From positions 32,190-96,189 of the forward strand of contig JASFYR010000021.1 in the NCBI GenBank assembly GCA_045047115.1: a stretch of DNA of 64,000 bases. The letters run 5' to 3'. A program made the position numbers and the translations under genes. Source of the DNA: Sulfurospirillum sp. (GTDB taxonomy: Bacteria; Campylobacterota; Campylobacteria; Campylobacterales; Sulfurospirillaceae). The number at the start of each line of letters is the position of its first letter. The first letter of the stretch is position 1. The notes under the pieces are model-generated. The model saw only the letters and a list, made by a program, of their open reading frames with translations, did not search any database and was not told the DNA's origin. Shown piece by piece: positions 18,469-28,832 of this stretch.

Positions 18469-20300
18469 GACACATCATAGTCGGAACTGCCGGGCACATC
18501 GACCATGGAAAAACTGCTCTTATCGAAGCTTTAACGGGATTTAACGGGGATACGCTTGCCCAAGAGAAAAAAAGAGGCATCACTATAGATTTGAGTTTTT
18601 CCAGTCTGCAAAATGAAGATACAAATGTAGCTTTTATAGATGTACCTGGGCACGAAAAATTGCTCAAAAATATGATTGCCGGAGCATTTGGATTTGATGC
18701 CTGCATGCTTGTTGTCGATGCAAATGAAGGTCTTATGCCCCAAAGTATCGAACATTTAGAAATTTTAAATCTTCTTCAAATAGACAATATCATTGTGGTT
18801 CTATCAAAGTGTGATTTGGCAAATGAAGAGATAAAAAAAACAAGAGAAGCAGAGATAAGAGAGTATATAAAAACTCTGCAAAATTTGGAGATATATAATT
18901 TTATTCAAGTAAGCATATTTGACAAAAACTCCATCGAAAAACTAAGAAGTGCACTGTTTAGCTTGCCACTGAAAAACAAAAAAAACAACGGATTTTTCAG
19001 GTACTATGTGGATAGATCATTTTCACTAGCAGGTGTCGGACAAGTTGTAACAGGAACACTGCTCGACGGAGAGATAAAAAGAGGTGATAAAGTATTTGCC
19101 CCCGAGTTAAACAGCGAATTTAAAATAAAAAATCTACAAGTCCACGACAAAGATGTAGATGCGGCAACCACATCTCAAAGAACCGCTATAAACTTACAGG
19201 GAAACTCCAAAAAACCTCTAAAAAGAGGTACGCTTCTTTGCAAAAAAGGTTTTATAAGAGGATTTGAGAGTGTAGATGTTTGGATAGAGTGCATAGGTGG
19301 ACACGAGATAAAACACAACTCAACTCTGCATATATTTGTAGGAACAAAACAGGTTGAGGCTAAAATTTTATTTTTAGAAAGCACCCCATCTGCTACAAAT
19401 GGATTTGCCACACTTCACTTTAGACAAAAACTCTTTTTGGTGCACAATGAGCCTTTTATCATTTCGAGCGGAGGTAGAACCATAGGCGGAGGAAGAGTTC
19501 TAAATCCTATAAACGACCCTTTAAAAAAACGGATGAAACTAAGCTTGCTAGAAGCCCTAAAAAAAGATGACTTTGGCAGTGCTTTTACACTTCTTTGCGC
19601 TTTTCACAAAAAAGGGTTTGGGCTCATCTCATCAAACCAAAGATTTGGACTCAGCCACGAAAATGCAATAAGTCTGGCAAACGATATGGAAAGTGTTTTT
19701 GTAGATGAGAAAAATTTGGTCATCTACCCAAGCGATATAAAAGAGAGCCTGAATGATATAATAAAAAACATATACAAAAAAAATGAGTACGCTCTGCTCT
19801 CCGCCAACTCACTTAGTTCAAAACTCAAATGGGCAAGCAGTGCTCTGTTGGAAGATGTACTCAACAGATTATGTAAAGAAAAATTTCTCTCTTTTGAAAA
19901 TGGTATATACAAAAATGCCAATATCCAAATAGACAACATAGACAAACATATCGAAGATACAATCTATAAAATCCTACAAAATGCAAGCTATACACCAGCA
20001 GCTCCTTACAACATATACGACGAACTGGACATCGATAAAAAAGTAGGGGATAATTCACTAAAAAAGCTAACAAAAGCAAAGAAGGTTATTCGTTTGGCAC
20101 ATAATATTTTTGTAGACACACAAGCTTTGACTAAAATAGTCTCATCTTTGAGAGAAATTATGACAAATGAAGGTTTTGTAGATGTGGCATCTTTTAAAAA
20201 ACACTTTAATATAAGTCGCAAATACCTCGTAGCCTATCTTGACTATCTTGATAATTTTGATGATATTAAAAAAGAGGACAACAGAAGATATTTAGTCTGA
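18465..20300 (+). CDS. selB: Selenocysteine-specific elongation factor
   Basis: TAGHIDHGKT, RGITIDL, DVPGHE; C-terminal winged helix ISRKYLVAYLDYLD. Confidence 0.97.
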   Translation: MRHIIVGTAGHIDHGKTALIEALTGFNGDTLAQEKKRGITIDLSFSSLQNEDTNVAFIDVPGHEKLLKNMIAGAFGFDACMLVVDANEGLMPQSIEHLEILNLLQIDNIIVVLSKCDLANEEIKKTREAEIREYIKTLQNLEIYNFIQVSIFDKNSIEKLRSALFSLPLKNKKNNGFFRYYVDRSFSLAGVGQVVTGTLLDGEIKRGDKVFAPELNSEFKIKNLQVHDKDVDAATTSQRTAINLQGNSKKPLKRGTLLCKKGFIRGFESVDVWIECIGGHEIKHNSTLHIFVGTKQVEAKILFLESTPSATNGFATLHFRQKLFLVHNEPFIISSGGRTIGGGRVLNPINDPLKKRMKLSLLEALKKDDFGSAFTLLCAFHKKGFGLISSNQRFGLSHENAISLANDMESVFVDEKNLVIYPSDIKESLNDIIKNIYKKNEYALLSANSLSSKLKWASSALLEDVLNRLCKEKFLSFENGIYKNANIQIDNIDKHIEDTIYKILQNASYTPAAPYNIYDELDIDKKVGDNSLKKLTKAKKVIRLAHNIFVDTQALTKIVSSLREIMTNEGFVDVASFKKHFNISRKYLVAYLDYLDNFDDIKKEDNRRYLV

Positions 20301-20322
20301 TACAGTGCGGAAGGTCAGTTAA
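20298..20322. repeat. Solo terminus of the cruciform element
   Basis: TGATACAGTGCGGAAGGTCAGTTAA matches the reverse complement of 10836-10860 at 23/25. Confidence 0.7.
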
Positions 20323-20404
20323 TAAAATATTTATCATAAAAATATACAATTTCACAAATGGACTTCTTAGAGGGAGTCTAATAAGTTTTAAAAAGGTTTC
20401 CATA

Positions 20405-21109
20405 ATGAAAAAAAATATCATTTTATCCGCTCTACTGATAGCTTCGACACTTTTTAGTGCAACAAATAAAGAGATTATTGCACACTTTAAATCGAAAATT
20501 CCTATTCCAAATATCATAGTTAAAATAACTTCGAGAAAAAGTGTATCAAAAGATTTGGATTATTTGACAGTTTTTATAACTGATGGCAAAGGCTCTCAAA
20601 AAGTTTCTATATTTACCAGTGGCCAATATATATTTCCAGACGCAATAGACTTAAAAAACGGTATCAGTCTAAAAGAGAAAATGCAAAAAGAAACCATAAA
20701 CAAAAATATAGCAAAAATTTATAAAAATGAAAACCCTGCAAATATAATTTCCATTGGGCATGACCCCAAGAAAGAGACATTAGTTGTATTTTCTGATCCG
20801 GAATGTCCATTTTGCAAGAAAGAGCTCGCCAACATAGAAAATGAACTAAAAAAATATAATATCAAAATGATTTTAACCCCAGTACATGAAAGAAGTGCAC
20901 TTGAAAAATCATATCTCATATATAAAAACATTAAAACAGCGAAAAACGATGCACAAAAGATTAAAATTATAAGAAAATACTTCAATACAGACTTAAATAA
21001 AAAAGTTGATGATAAGAATGTGAAAAAGATTGACGAGCTAAGAAACAAATACTTTAAAGCAGGCATAAATGGCACTCCTTACAAAGTGATGGAGAAAGAT
21101 ATACAGTAA
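20405..21109 (+). CDS. DsbC/DsbG-like periplasmic thiol-disulfide oxidoreductase
   Basis: Signal peptide, FSDPECPFC, cis-Pro loop GINGTP. Confidence 0.85.
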   Translation: MKKNIILSALLIASTLFSATNKEIIAHFKSKIPIPNIIVKITSRKSVSKDLDYLTVFITDGKGSQKVSIFTSGQYIFPDAIDLKNGISLKEKMQKETINKNIAKIYKNENPANIISIGHDPKKETLVVFSDPECPFCKKELANIENELKKYNIKMILTPVHERSALEKSYLIYKNIKTAKNDAQKIKIIRKYFNTDLNKKVDDKNVKKIDELRNKYFKAGINGTPYKVMEKDIQ

Positions 21110-21204
21110 GTAAAAATATAGACTTCTAAAAATTTATGTTATAATAGCTTGTTCTATCGCTGTTGCTCCATTAAGCTGATGGAGCGATAAAAAAGGCATA
21201 AAGC

Positions 21205-22353
21205 ATGGAGTATAATTTAAATTTTATAGTTGCAGCAGTACTTTTAATAGTTCTCATATTGCTATATATTATCTTAATACAAAACAAAAAACTTGGCGAA
21301 CTAAATAAGCAAATTAATAACGAATCGAGATATAAAAAATTTTTAGAGAGTCTCTCTGTACCTATATTTTACAAAGAAAACAATGGAAATATAACTTATA
21401 CAAACCCCTCTTTTGATATTGCTTTTGGCGTCAACAGAGTTAAAGCCATACAGACAATTTCAAAACTTTTGAAAAAACCGCTTGAACAGTTAGAACTCAA
21501 CTACGATAATGACATACAAAAAAGGGCGATAATATTTTCTTCATCCATACATGATGAAAAAAGCAACACAGATGGCAAAATAGGTGTAATTTTTGATATA
21601 AATACATTTAAAAAAGACATCATCTCCCTGCTCACATGGAAACAACGATACTCACTGGCTATCGAAGGGCCGGAATATGGTCTTTGGGATTGGAATATAC
21701 TGGAGGGAAACTTCTATTTTTCAAGTCAGTGGAAAAAGATTATGGGATATGATATTGATGACAAACCTCATAGTTTAAACTCCTGGTTAAGTCTTGTTGA
21801 TTCAAGAGATATGGCAAAGGTGAATGAAGCTTTAAACAGGCACTTAAGTGGCTTAGACAAAACATTTAACATAGAACACCGCATTAGATTGAGCGACGGA
21901 TTAAAATGGGTAAATATACGTGGAAAAGCACTATTTGACCATGAAGACAATGCAAGTAGAATGGTTGGGCTAATAGTCGATATAAGTGAAAGAAAAAAAG
22001 CGGAAGCAGAGATTAGTAAAAGTCAAAGACTCTTTGCTGCATTTATAGAGAATCTACCTGGAATCGCCTTTATAAAAGATGCCAACAATAGATATATATA
22101 TCTAAACAGGTATTATGAAAGTCTTATTGGATTTAAAGAGTGGAAAAATAAAACTCCTACTGAACTTTTTGACGAAGATACTGCCAAACAGATACTTCAA
22201 AACGATAGAAAAGCTTTCTTCCAAGGCCAAAAAACACACAAAGAGACAATACCAAACGAAGAAGGCAACTATAAAATTTTTGAAACATACAAGTTTCCTG
22301 TAAATGATGATAATGGAGAAAAACTACTGTGTGGCTTCGGGGTCGAGCATTAA
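21205..22353 (+). CDS. Membrane-anchored multi-PAS sensor with no output domain
   Basis: N-terminal TM; GLWDWN..FYFSSQWKKIMGY PAS/PAC; further PAS FIENLPGIAFIKD. Confidence 0.8.
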   Translation: MEYNLNFIVAAVLLIVLILLYIILIQNKKLGELNKQINNESRYKKFLESLSVPIFYKENNGNITYTNPSFDIAFGVNRVKAIQTISKLLKKPLEQLELNYDNDIQKRAIIFSSSIHDEKSNTDGKIGVIFDINTFKKDIISLLTWKQRYSLAIEGPEYGLWDWNILEGNFYFSSQWKKIMGYDIDDKPHSLNSWLSLVDSRDMAKVNEALNRHLSGLDKTFNIEHRIRLSDGLKWVNIRGKALFDHEDNASRMVGLIVDISERKKAEAEISKSQRLFAAFIENLPGIAFIKDANNRYIYLNRYYESLIGFKEWKNKTPTELFDEDTAKQILQNDRKAFFQGQKTHKETIPNEEGNYKIFETYKFPVNDDNGEKLLCGFGVEH

Positions 22354-22398
22354 CACAGCATTAACAAAAATTAAGTATCATTTAGATGAGGAAATATT

Positions 22399-23073
22399 AT
22401 GAAAATAAAAATAATAATGATAGAAGATGATACAGAACTCGCCAATTTATTGACATCTTTTCTCGCAAAATACAATATTAGTATAACCAATTACGAAGAC
22501 CCGTATCTTGGCATCAGCGCACTTAATTTAGAAAAATTTGATTTACTTATTTTAGACTTGTCATTACCTGGCATGGATGGACTTGATATTTGTAAAGAAG
22601 TCAGAGAAAAATCAAATATTCCCATCATCATCTCATCAGCCAGAAGCGATGTTGATGACAAAATAATTGGCTTAATGCTAGGTGCGGATGATTACCTACC
22701 GAAGCCATATGAGCCAAAAGAGTTATATGCGAGAATCATCAGTGTTTTGAGAAGATACAAAAAAGAGTTTACAAAAGAGGAGGAAGAGAGTGTTTTAAAA
22801 CTAGATTCAAAAGCCATGAAGATTCTTTTTAAAAACAGGCCTTTGACGCTTACTAAAGCAGAGTATGAAATACTAAGCTATATGATTAAAAAGAGTAATT
22901 GTGCCATCACTAGAGTTGAACTCATAAATCATTCATTATCACTTGACGATGAAAAAGAGAGCAGAAGTCTTGATGTGATTATAAGCAGAATCAGACAAAA
23001 ACTAGGAGAAAACTCTAAAAATCCAAGATACATTCATTCAATAAGAGGCATGGGATACAGGTTGCAGATTTGA
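22399..23073 (+). CDS. OmpR-family response regulator
   Basis: IEDD, LILDLSLPGMDG, GADDYLPKP, SLDVIISRIRQKL, IRGMGY. Confidence 0.95.
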   Translation: MKIKIIMIEDDTELANLLTSFLAKYNISITNYEDPYLGISALNLEKFDLLILDLSLPGMDGLDICKEVREKSNIPIIISSARSDVDDKIIGLMLGADDYLPKPYEPKELYARIISVLRRYKKEFTKEEEESVLKLDSKAMKILFKNRPLTLTKAEYEILSYMIKKSNCAITRVELINHSLSLDDEKESRSLDVIISRIRQKLGENSKNPRYIHSIRGMGYRLQI

Positions 23074-24308
23074 AGTGGTATCACTCTATAATCACAAAGA
23101 TTTCACTTATTTTTCTTTTGGCTATCTTTGGAGTTCTTGCTATTTTATTTTTACTTGCAAATCATCGGACACAAAAAAACCTCGAAAATGCAGAACAATT
23201 TGCAAGGTTTGCCATCCACTCATCATACAATATGACTAAAAGAAAATTAGATTTTAAAAATTTAAAAAACAGCGGTCTTACTATCGTAAAAAATCAAAAA
23301 ATCAAAAGAGTCATTCTTTCTCGAAAAATCTTTTTAAGAAATCACAAACCATATGCAAACATGATGCAAAGAATGATGGGATTAAATATAAGAGCTACCA
23401 TATTTAAGAAAAAAATCTATATCATCCTGAGAGAAAAAAACAGAAAAACCATAGTCTTTAAAACACCATTTAAAAAAGAGACTTTTTCTCCTTTTTTCAT
23501 CTCTGCTTTATCTATTTTACTGGTTATTTTACTCTATATAGCCATTATCAAAAACATACTTCCCCTGTATGCACTAAAGAAGAAGATAAAACAGTTTGCA
23601 AATGGAGATTACGAGATAGATTGCCAAAGCAAAAACCAAGACGAGATAGGCGTTTTGGCAAATGAATTTAATGAAGCCGTAAAAAAAATAAAAAGCCTGA
23701 GAGATTCAAGGCAACTCTTTTTGAGAAATATAATGCACGAATTAAAAACTCCTATAGCAAAAGGCAAGTTTGCAGTAGAAATAACACAGGATAAAAACTT
23801 AAAGCATGCACTACAAAATATATTTAATCGCCAAGAATACCTTATAGATGAATTCGCAAGAATAGAAAAATTAAATGCAAATGAACTTCAATTGGACATA
23901 AAAGAGTATCTCTTGGAAGATATTATAGATTTTGCTCAGGACATTTTAAATCACAATAATACACAAATAATAAAAAACCTGTCCCCAGTTAAGCTCTTAG
24001 TAGATTTTGAACTTTTCGGTACAGCTATAAAAAATCTTCTTGATAACGGTATCAATTATTCAAGTGATTCAAAAGTTATGATTTCAAATAATCACAAAAT
24101 AATCACAATTTCCAACAAAGGTGAAAAACTTGAATTTCCATTGCAAAATTATGCCGAGCCATACTTTTTAAAGGGCAAAAAACAAAAAAGCTCACGAGGT
24201 CTTGGATTTGGTCTATATATAGTTTGGCATATCCTAAAATTACACAATATGAAAATCAGATACAAAAGAGAGAATGATATAAATGTATTTGAAATTTTAT
24301 TAAAATAG
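23070..24308 (+). CDS. ArsS/RacS-like HAMP sensor histidine kinase
   Basis: [31 protein letters not shown]. Confidence 0.92.
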   Translation: MKWYHSIITKISLIFLLAIFGVLAILFLLANHRTQKNLENAEQFARFAIHSSYNMTKRKLDFKNLKNSGLTIVKNQKIKRVILSRKIFLRNHKPYANMMQRMMGLNIRATIFKKKIYIILREKNRKTIVFKTPFKKETFSPFFISALSILLVILLYIAIIKNILPLYALKKKIKQFANGDYEIDCQSKNQDEIGVLANEFNEAVKKIKSLRDSRQLFLRNIMHELKTPIAKGKFAVEITQDKNLKHALQNIFNRQEYLIDEFARIEKLNANELQLDIKEYLLEDIIDFAQDILNHNNTQIIKNLSPVKLLVDFELFGTAIKNLLDNGINYSSDSKVMISNNHKIITISNKGEKLEFPLQNYAEPYFLKGKKQKSSRGLGFGLYIVWHILKLHNMKIRYKRENDINVFEILLK

Positions 24309-24336
24309 TTGTATGATTGCGAAAAAAAGGGTGAAT

Positions 24337-25539
24337 ATGTTTTTTTCAAAAAAAGAGAATAATCAACTAGAAGAGATAAAAAACAAGATAGATAAAGACA
24401 TAGAAAGTATCAAAACAAATGTCTCCATTCATCCATCTTTTAGAGAAAAAGCTCAAAAGGCAAAAAATCTTAAAGAGAAGATTGATACAGTTGTTGAGGC
24501 AAGGGACCATCAAGTATATATGTGGAAAACATTCAAATCATCATTTCCAATAGCTTTTTTTGCCATAAATAAAGAGAAAAAAATCATAGAGCACAATAGA
24601 GTCTTTGAAGAACTTACCGGCTTTAGTTTTAGTGAAATCCACAACAGTAGCGGTGGAAAAATCCTATGGCCGGCAGACCCATCACAGTGCCATGTATGTG
24701 CTCTGGCTGTAAAATACATAAATGCACAAAAAGCGGGAGACGGACTCGCAAATATAGTCTCTAAGAATGCCGAAGAGATACCTGTGTTTGCATATATCGT
24801 CCCTATATATAAAGAAGGAGAACTGGAAAAAGCCTTTATACTCCTAAGAGACCAGAGAGACGAGATAAAAGCTAGAAAAATTTATATGTCCGAACAGATA
24901 GAACCCATAACAAAAATACTAAACAAGATAGAACAAGGATATATAACGGACACCTTAACTTTAGGCGATAAAAGTGAACTCAAAGATTTAGAGGCCCCTA
25001 TAAATGGTATTGTTTTCACGCTTAAAGACATAACATCCAAAATAATCGCAGCAGCAAACAGTGTCTCGGAAGTAGGAAAAGAAACAAAACAGACACTTGG
25101 TGAAACCCAAGAATGGAATCAGAAAGTTTTCGTTCCAAGCCAATTTGAACTTGCAGACAAAGCAAAAGCTTTAGAGAACTCAATTCAAGAGATACAAAAT
25201 ATGGTGAGCCTTATAGAAGAGGTTAGTGATCAGACAAACTTATTGGCATTAAATGCCGCCATAGAAGCTGCTCGTGCTGGGGAACATGGCAGGGGGTTTG
25301 CTGTAGTTGCAGATGAAGTAAGAAAACTGGCAGAGAAAAGTCAAAAATCAACAGATGAAATCAAAGCAACTATTTCTGTCATAAAAAACAATACAGCAAC
25401 CATGGTATTAAATATAGCAGAGACAAATAAAGAAGCTTCAAAGTTGACCAATAGTTTAAAAGGGATGAATAAAAGCTTTTCAAGTATCGAAAAAGATATA
25501 GATTCCTTAAAACAGGAGACTGAAAAATTTAAGTTATAG
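24337..25539 (+). CDS. Soluble PAS-domain methyl-accepting chemotaxis protein
   Basis: [38 protein letters not shown] domain; no TM; start 24313 or 24337. Confidence 0.9.
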   Translation: MFFSKKENNQLEEIKNKIDKDIESIKTNVSIHPSFREKAQKAKNLKEKIDTVVEARDHQVYMWKTFKSSFPIAFFAINKEKKIIEHNRVFEELTGFSFSEIHNSSGGKILWPADPSQCHVCALAVKYINAQKAGDGLANIVSKNAEEIPVFAYIVPIYKEGELEKAFILLRDQRDEIKARKIYMSEQIEPITKILNKIEQGYITDTLTLGDKSELKDLEAPINGIVFTLKDITSKIIAAANSVSEVGKETKQTLGETQEWNQKVFVPSQFELADKAKALENSIQEIQNMVSLIEEVSDQTNLLALNAAIEAARAGEHGRGFAVVADEVRKLAEKSQKSTDEIKATISVIKNNTATMVLNIAETNKEASKLTNSLKGMNKSFSSIEKDIDSLKQETEKFKL

Positions 25540-25846
25540 GGTGCTTCAAAGCTACCCTGTAGCAACCTCCAAGCTCTTTTTAATAAATATTTAAGTATAA
25601 TTCGTGCCAATTCAGAACTTCTTAAGAGAACTTCTTCAAAACCTGCCAAGATTTGGGATACCGAGCGAGTATGTAGGTTTTTTGCATACTAGTTTACAGG
25701 TTTATCAAAAACAATCTAAACTTTATAATTTTTATGTAGCAGATTAAATGTATTAAAAGTATATATTTCACTTTGCAATCAGTTTTCTTTTTAGTTTTGA
25801 AAAATCAACAACTGACCAAAGTCAGTTAAATAAAAAGAGAGAAAAA

Positions 25847-27307
25847 ATGACAACAACTTTTGACAAGTTTAATTTAGATAGTGATATCTTAAAAGCCGTA
25901 GTAGAAGCAGGATTTAGAGAACCAAGCCCGGTTCAGGAAGAGGCGATACCACTTATACTCGAAGGTCACGATATAGTAGCACAGGCACAAACAGGTACGG
26001 GAAAAACAGCAGCTTTTGGACTGCCTGCTATGAGCATGATAAACCCAAATGAAAAGAGAGTGCAGGTTTTAGTTATCACTCCGACAAGAGAACTTGCAAC
26101 CCAAGTAAGCGACGAGCTTTTTAGCCTGGGTAAATTCAAAAACATAAAAACTGTAACTATCTACGGAGGAAGCTCATACAATAGACAGATAGGGCTCATA
26201 GAAAAAGGTGCCAGTGTTGTAGTGGCGACCCCGGGCCGTATGCTTGATTTACTAAAAAATGACAGACTCAAAAATTTTACACCTCAAATTGTCATACTTG
26301 ATGAAGCAGACGAGATGTTAGATATGGGATTTTTAGAAGATATAGAAAATATCCTAAAATTTCTTCCCAAAGAGAGACAAACGCTACTCTTCTCAGCAAC
26401 TATGCCAGAACCGATAAAAAGACTCGCAAAAAGAAGACTAAATGATCCAAAATTTGTAAGCATTACACCAAAAGAACACACAACAAATGAAGATATAGAA
26501 CAACTCTACTATGTGATAGAAGAAAGAGAAAGAGACAATGCCCTCATAAGACTCTTGGACTCTTTGGAGCCGACAAAGTCTATACTGTTTTGTAGAACCA
26601 AAAAAGAGGTTGACAGACTCTCTACTCAGCTTATGGCTATCGGCTACTCAGCAAGTGGCTTGCATGGAGATATGGAACAAAATCAAAGAGAGAGTGTCAT
26701 AAGAGCATTTAGAAACTCTCAAATAGAGATGCTTATTGCCACCGATGTAGCAGCAAGAGGATTAAATGTCACAGATATCTCTCATGTATTTAATTTCCAT
26801 ATGCCTTTTGACCCTGAGAGTTATGTACATAGAATAGGAAGAACCGGAAGAGCGGGGAAAAAAGGAACTGCCATCACACTTGTGACTCCTATGGAGTATC
26901 ACAGTATGCAAAGAATCGGTAAAAAAGTTGGTACAAATATAAAATTTAAAATAGTTCCAACCCTAAACGATGTAAAAGAGTCTCAATTAAAAAAGATGGC
27001 AAACGAAATAGAAAATGTCCCTTTACATGAAAATGCCCAAAAGATACTTGATATCTTAGGTGACGATATAAATCTTAGTAAAATTTCACTAAAACTAATC
27101 TCAATGCTCATCAACAAAAACTCTTTAAGTGGTCCGAACAAGATAGGATTTGATAGTAAAACTCTCTCAAATCTGGTAAAAAGACTAGATGAAAGAAATA
27201 GCAGAGACAGAAACAGAGGCAGTAGAGGAAGAGGTAGAAGCAGAGGAAATGACAAAGGCGGAAGCCAAAGAAGAGATAGAGCTCCAAGAAGAAGAAGCCG
27301 AAGTTAA
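25847..27307 (+). CDS. DEAD-box RNA helicase
   Basis: AQTGTGKT, PTRELA, TPGR, DEAD, SAT, HRIGRTGR; basic RG-rich tail. Confidence 0.97.
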   Translation: MTTTFDKFNLDSDILKAVVEAGFREPSPVQEEAIPLILEGHDIVAQAQTGTGKTAAFGLPAMSMINPNEKRVQVLVITPTRELATQVSDELFSLGKFKNIKTVTIYGGSSYNRQIGLIEKGASVVVATPGRMLDLLKNDRLKNFTPQIVILDEADEMLDMGFLEDIENILKFLPKERQTLLFSATMPEPIKRLAKRRLNDPKFVSITPKEHTTNEDIEQLYYVIEERERDNALIRLLDSLEPTKSILFCRTKKEVDRLSTQLMAIGYSASGLHGDMEQNQRESVIRAFRNSQIEMLIATDVAARGLNVTDISHVFNFHMPFDPESYVHRIGRTGRAGKKGTAITLVTPMEYHSMQRIGKKVGTNIKFKIVPTLNDVKESQLKKMANEIENVPLHENAQKILDILGDDINLSKISLKLISMLINKNSLSGPNKIGFDSKTLSNLVKRLDERNSRDRNRGSRGRGRSRGNDKGGSQRRDRAPRRRSRS

Positions 27308-27364
27308 AAGGTTTATTGTGTCATAAACTTTTCACATCTATTAAATAAAAGTTATATATTTTAA

Positions 27365-27397
27365 GTAATTGGTAAATTTATAGAATTTACCAATTAC
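27365..27397. terminator. 14-bp perfect inverted repeat (terminator or operator)
   Basis: GTAATTGGTAAATT-TATAG-AATTTACCAATTAC downstream of the helicase. Confidence 0.5.
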
Positions 27398-27612
27398 AAT
27401 TTTAATGTATAATTCTCATAAGCTATAATTATATATAATAACTTATCTCTAAAATAGCAAATACCAACAAATTTGACTCACATTTATCAAGTAACATTAA
27501 AAGAAATAATTAATTTTTAATTTAATAAATCAAAGATATTGACGCAATTGACGAAAAAAGTATTTCTTTTTTTCTAGATTTTATTGTACAATTCCTAAAT
27601 TTTTTGGAGGAA

Positions 27613-28773
27613 ATGATGAAAAAATTAATTTTAGTAGCATTAAGTGCTTCTGTACTTCTTGCAACAAACGGGGATAATCTTATAGGTCTTGGTGCCAAAT
27701 CCAGAGCAATGGGTGGAGTTGGAATTGCCACATATTTTGGCGCAGAAAATGTTTTGGTAAATCCTGCTATGATCGCCAAAAGTGCAAATACACAAATGGA
27801 CTTTGGTGCAACTCTTTTTATGCCCAGTGTTCAAGCAAACGGAACAAACAGTAATGCTGATATGAGTATCATGCCCGAGGTATTTTCTTCTATCAAGGTA
27901 AATGAAAACTGGGCCTTTGGTCTTGGTATGTTTGGGGCTGCCGGTATGGGAGTTGATTATAGAGGAACTTCGTCACTTATGGATGCAAGAACAAATCTCA
28001 TGTTGATGAAGTTTGCACCTACAATTGCATATCATACAGATGGTATCTCCGCTGGTTTTGCCCCTGTCATTCAGTATGGTTCGCTAGACATTGCATACAA
28101 TATGCACGGTATGGGCGGATATAATCAAATAGGCTCGGGCTCGAGCGATCACTTTGGTGTTGGTTTTGCAGCTGGTTTCAGTTATGACATAAGCAAAGAT
28201 CTGACATTGGGATTGGTTTATAAATCCAAAATAGATATGACATACAAAAATACACTAAGTACTGCATCAGAACCTTTTGTCGGCATGGGAATTTTTCCTT
28301 CGACATTTTCTGATAACTTGGCTCAACCTGCAGAATATGGACTTGGATTGTCTTACAACTTTAACAACTTAAACTTCTCTTTTGATTATAAAAAAGTTAA
28401 ATGGGGAAGTGCAGATGGATACAAGGATTTTGGCTGGAAAGACCAAAATATATATGCAATAGGTGTAAAATATGAAAAAGACGGCACCTGGTACAGTGTC
28501 GGCTACAATCATGCAACAAATCCGATAACAAACTACCCGGGAACCACGGCACAAGGTCAATCTTTAAATCTATTTAACTATCTTATGTTTCCCGCAACAA
28601 GCGAAGATCACTATACTACCGGTGCCGGAACAAACCTAACCAAAAACATATCTTTGGACTTTAGCTTTGTATACTCACCAAGTAACACAGTGACCGTCAA
28701 CACAACAATAGGGTCTTTAACAGTAAAACATGCCGAAACATCAGCTGAAATTACACTAAGATATGATTTTTAG
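27613..28773 (+). CDS. OmpP1/FadL/TodX-family outer-membrane transporter
   Basis: Signal peptide, GAKSRAMGG..NPA hatch motif, beta-strand pattern, C-terminal YDF. Confidence 0.88.
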   Translation: MMKKLILVALSASVLLATNGDNLIGLGAKSRAMGGVGIATYFGAENVLVNPAMIAKSANTQMDFGATLFMPSVQANGTNSNADMSIMPEVFSSIKVNENWAFGLGMFGAAGMGVDYRGTSSLMDARTNLMLMKFAPTIAYHTDGISAGFAPVIQYGSLDIAYNMHGMGGYNQIGSGSSDHFGVGFAAGFSYDISKDLTLGLVYKSKIDMTYKNTLSTASEPFVGMGIFPSTFSDNLAQPAEYGLGLSYNFNNLNFSFDYKKVKWGSADGYKDFGWKDQNIYAIGVKYEKDGTWYSVGYNHATNPITNYPGTTAQGQSLNLFNYLMFPATSEDHYTTGAGTNLTKNISLDFSFVYSPSNTVTVNTTIGSLTVKHAETSAEITLRYDF

Positions 28774-28832
28774 GAAAAAATGTAAAAAAACAGAAAAGCA
28801 CTGTACGCCTTCGCAAACACCTATATATAGTA

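Noticed and set aside
27200..27304. Purine-rich AGAGG-like repeats
   Set aside because: Encode the ordinary Arg/Gly-rich tail of the DEAD-box helicase
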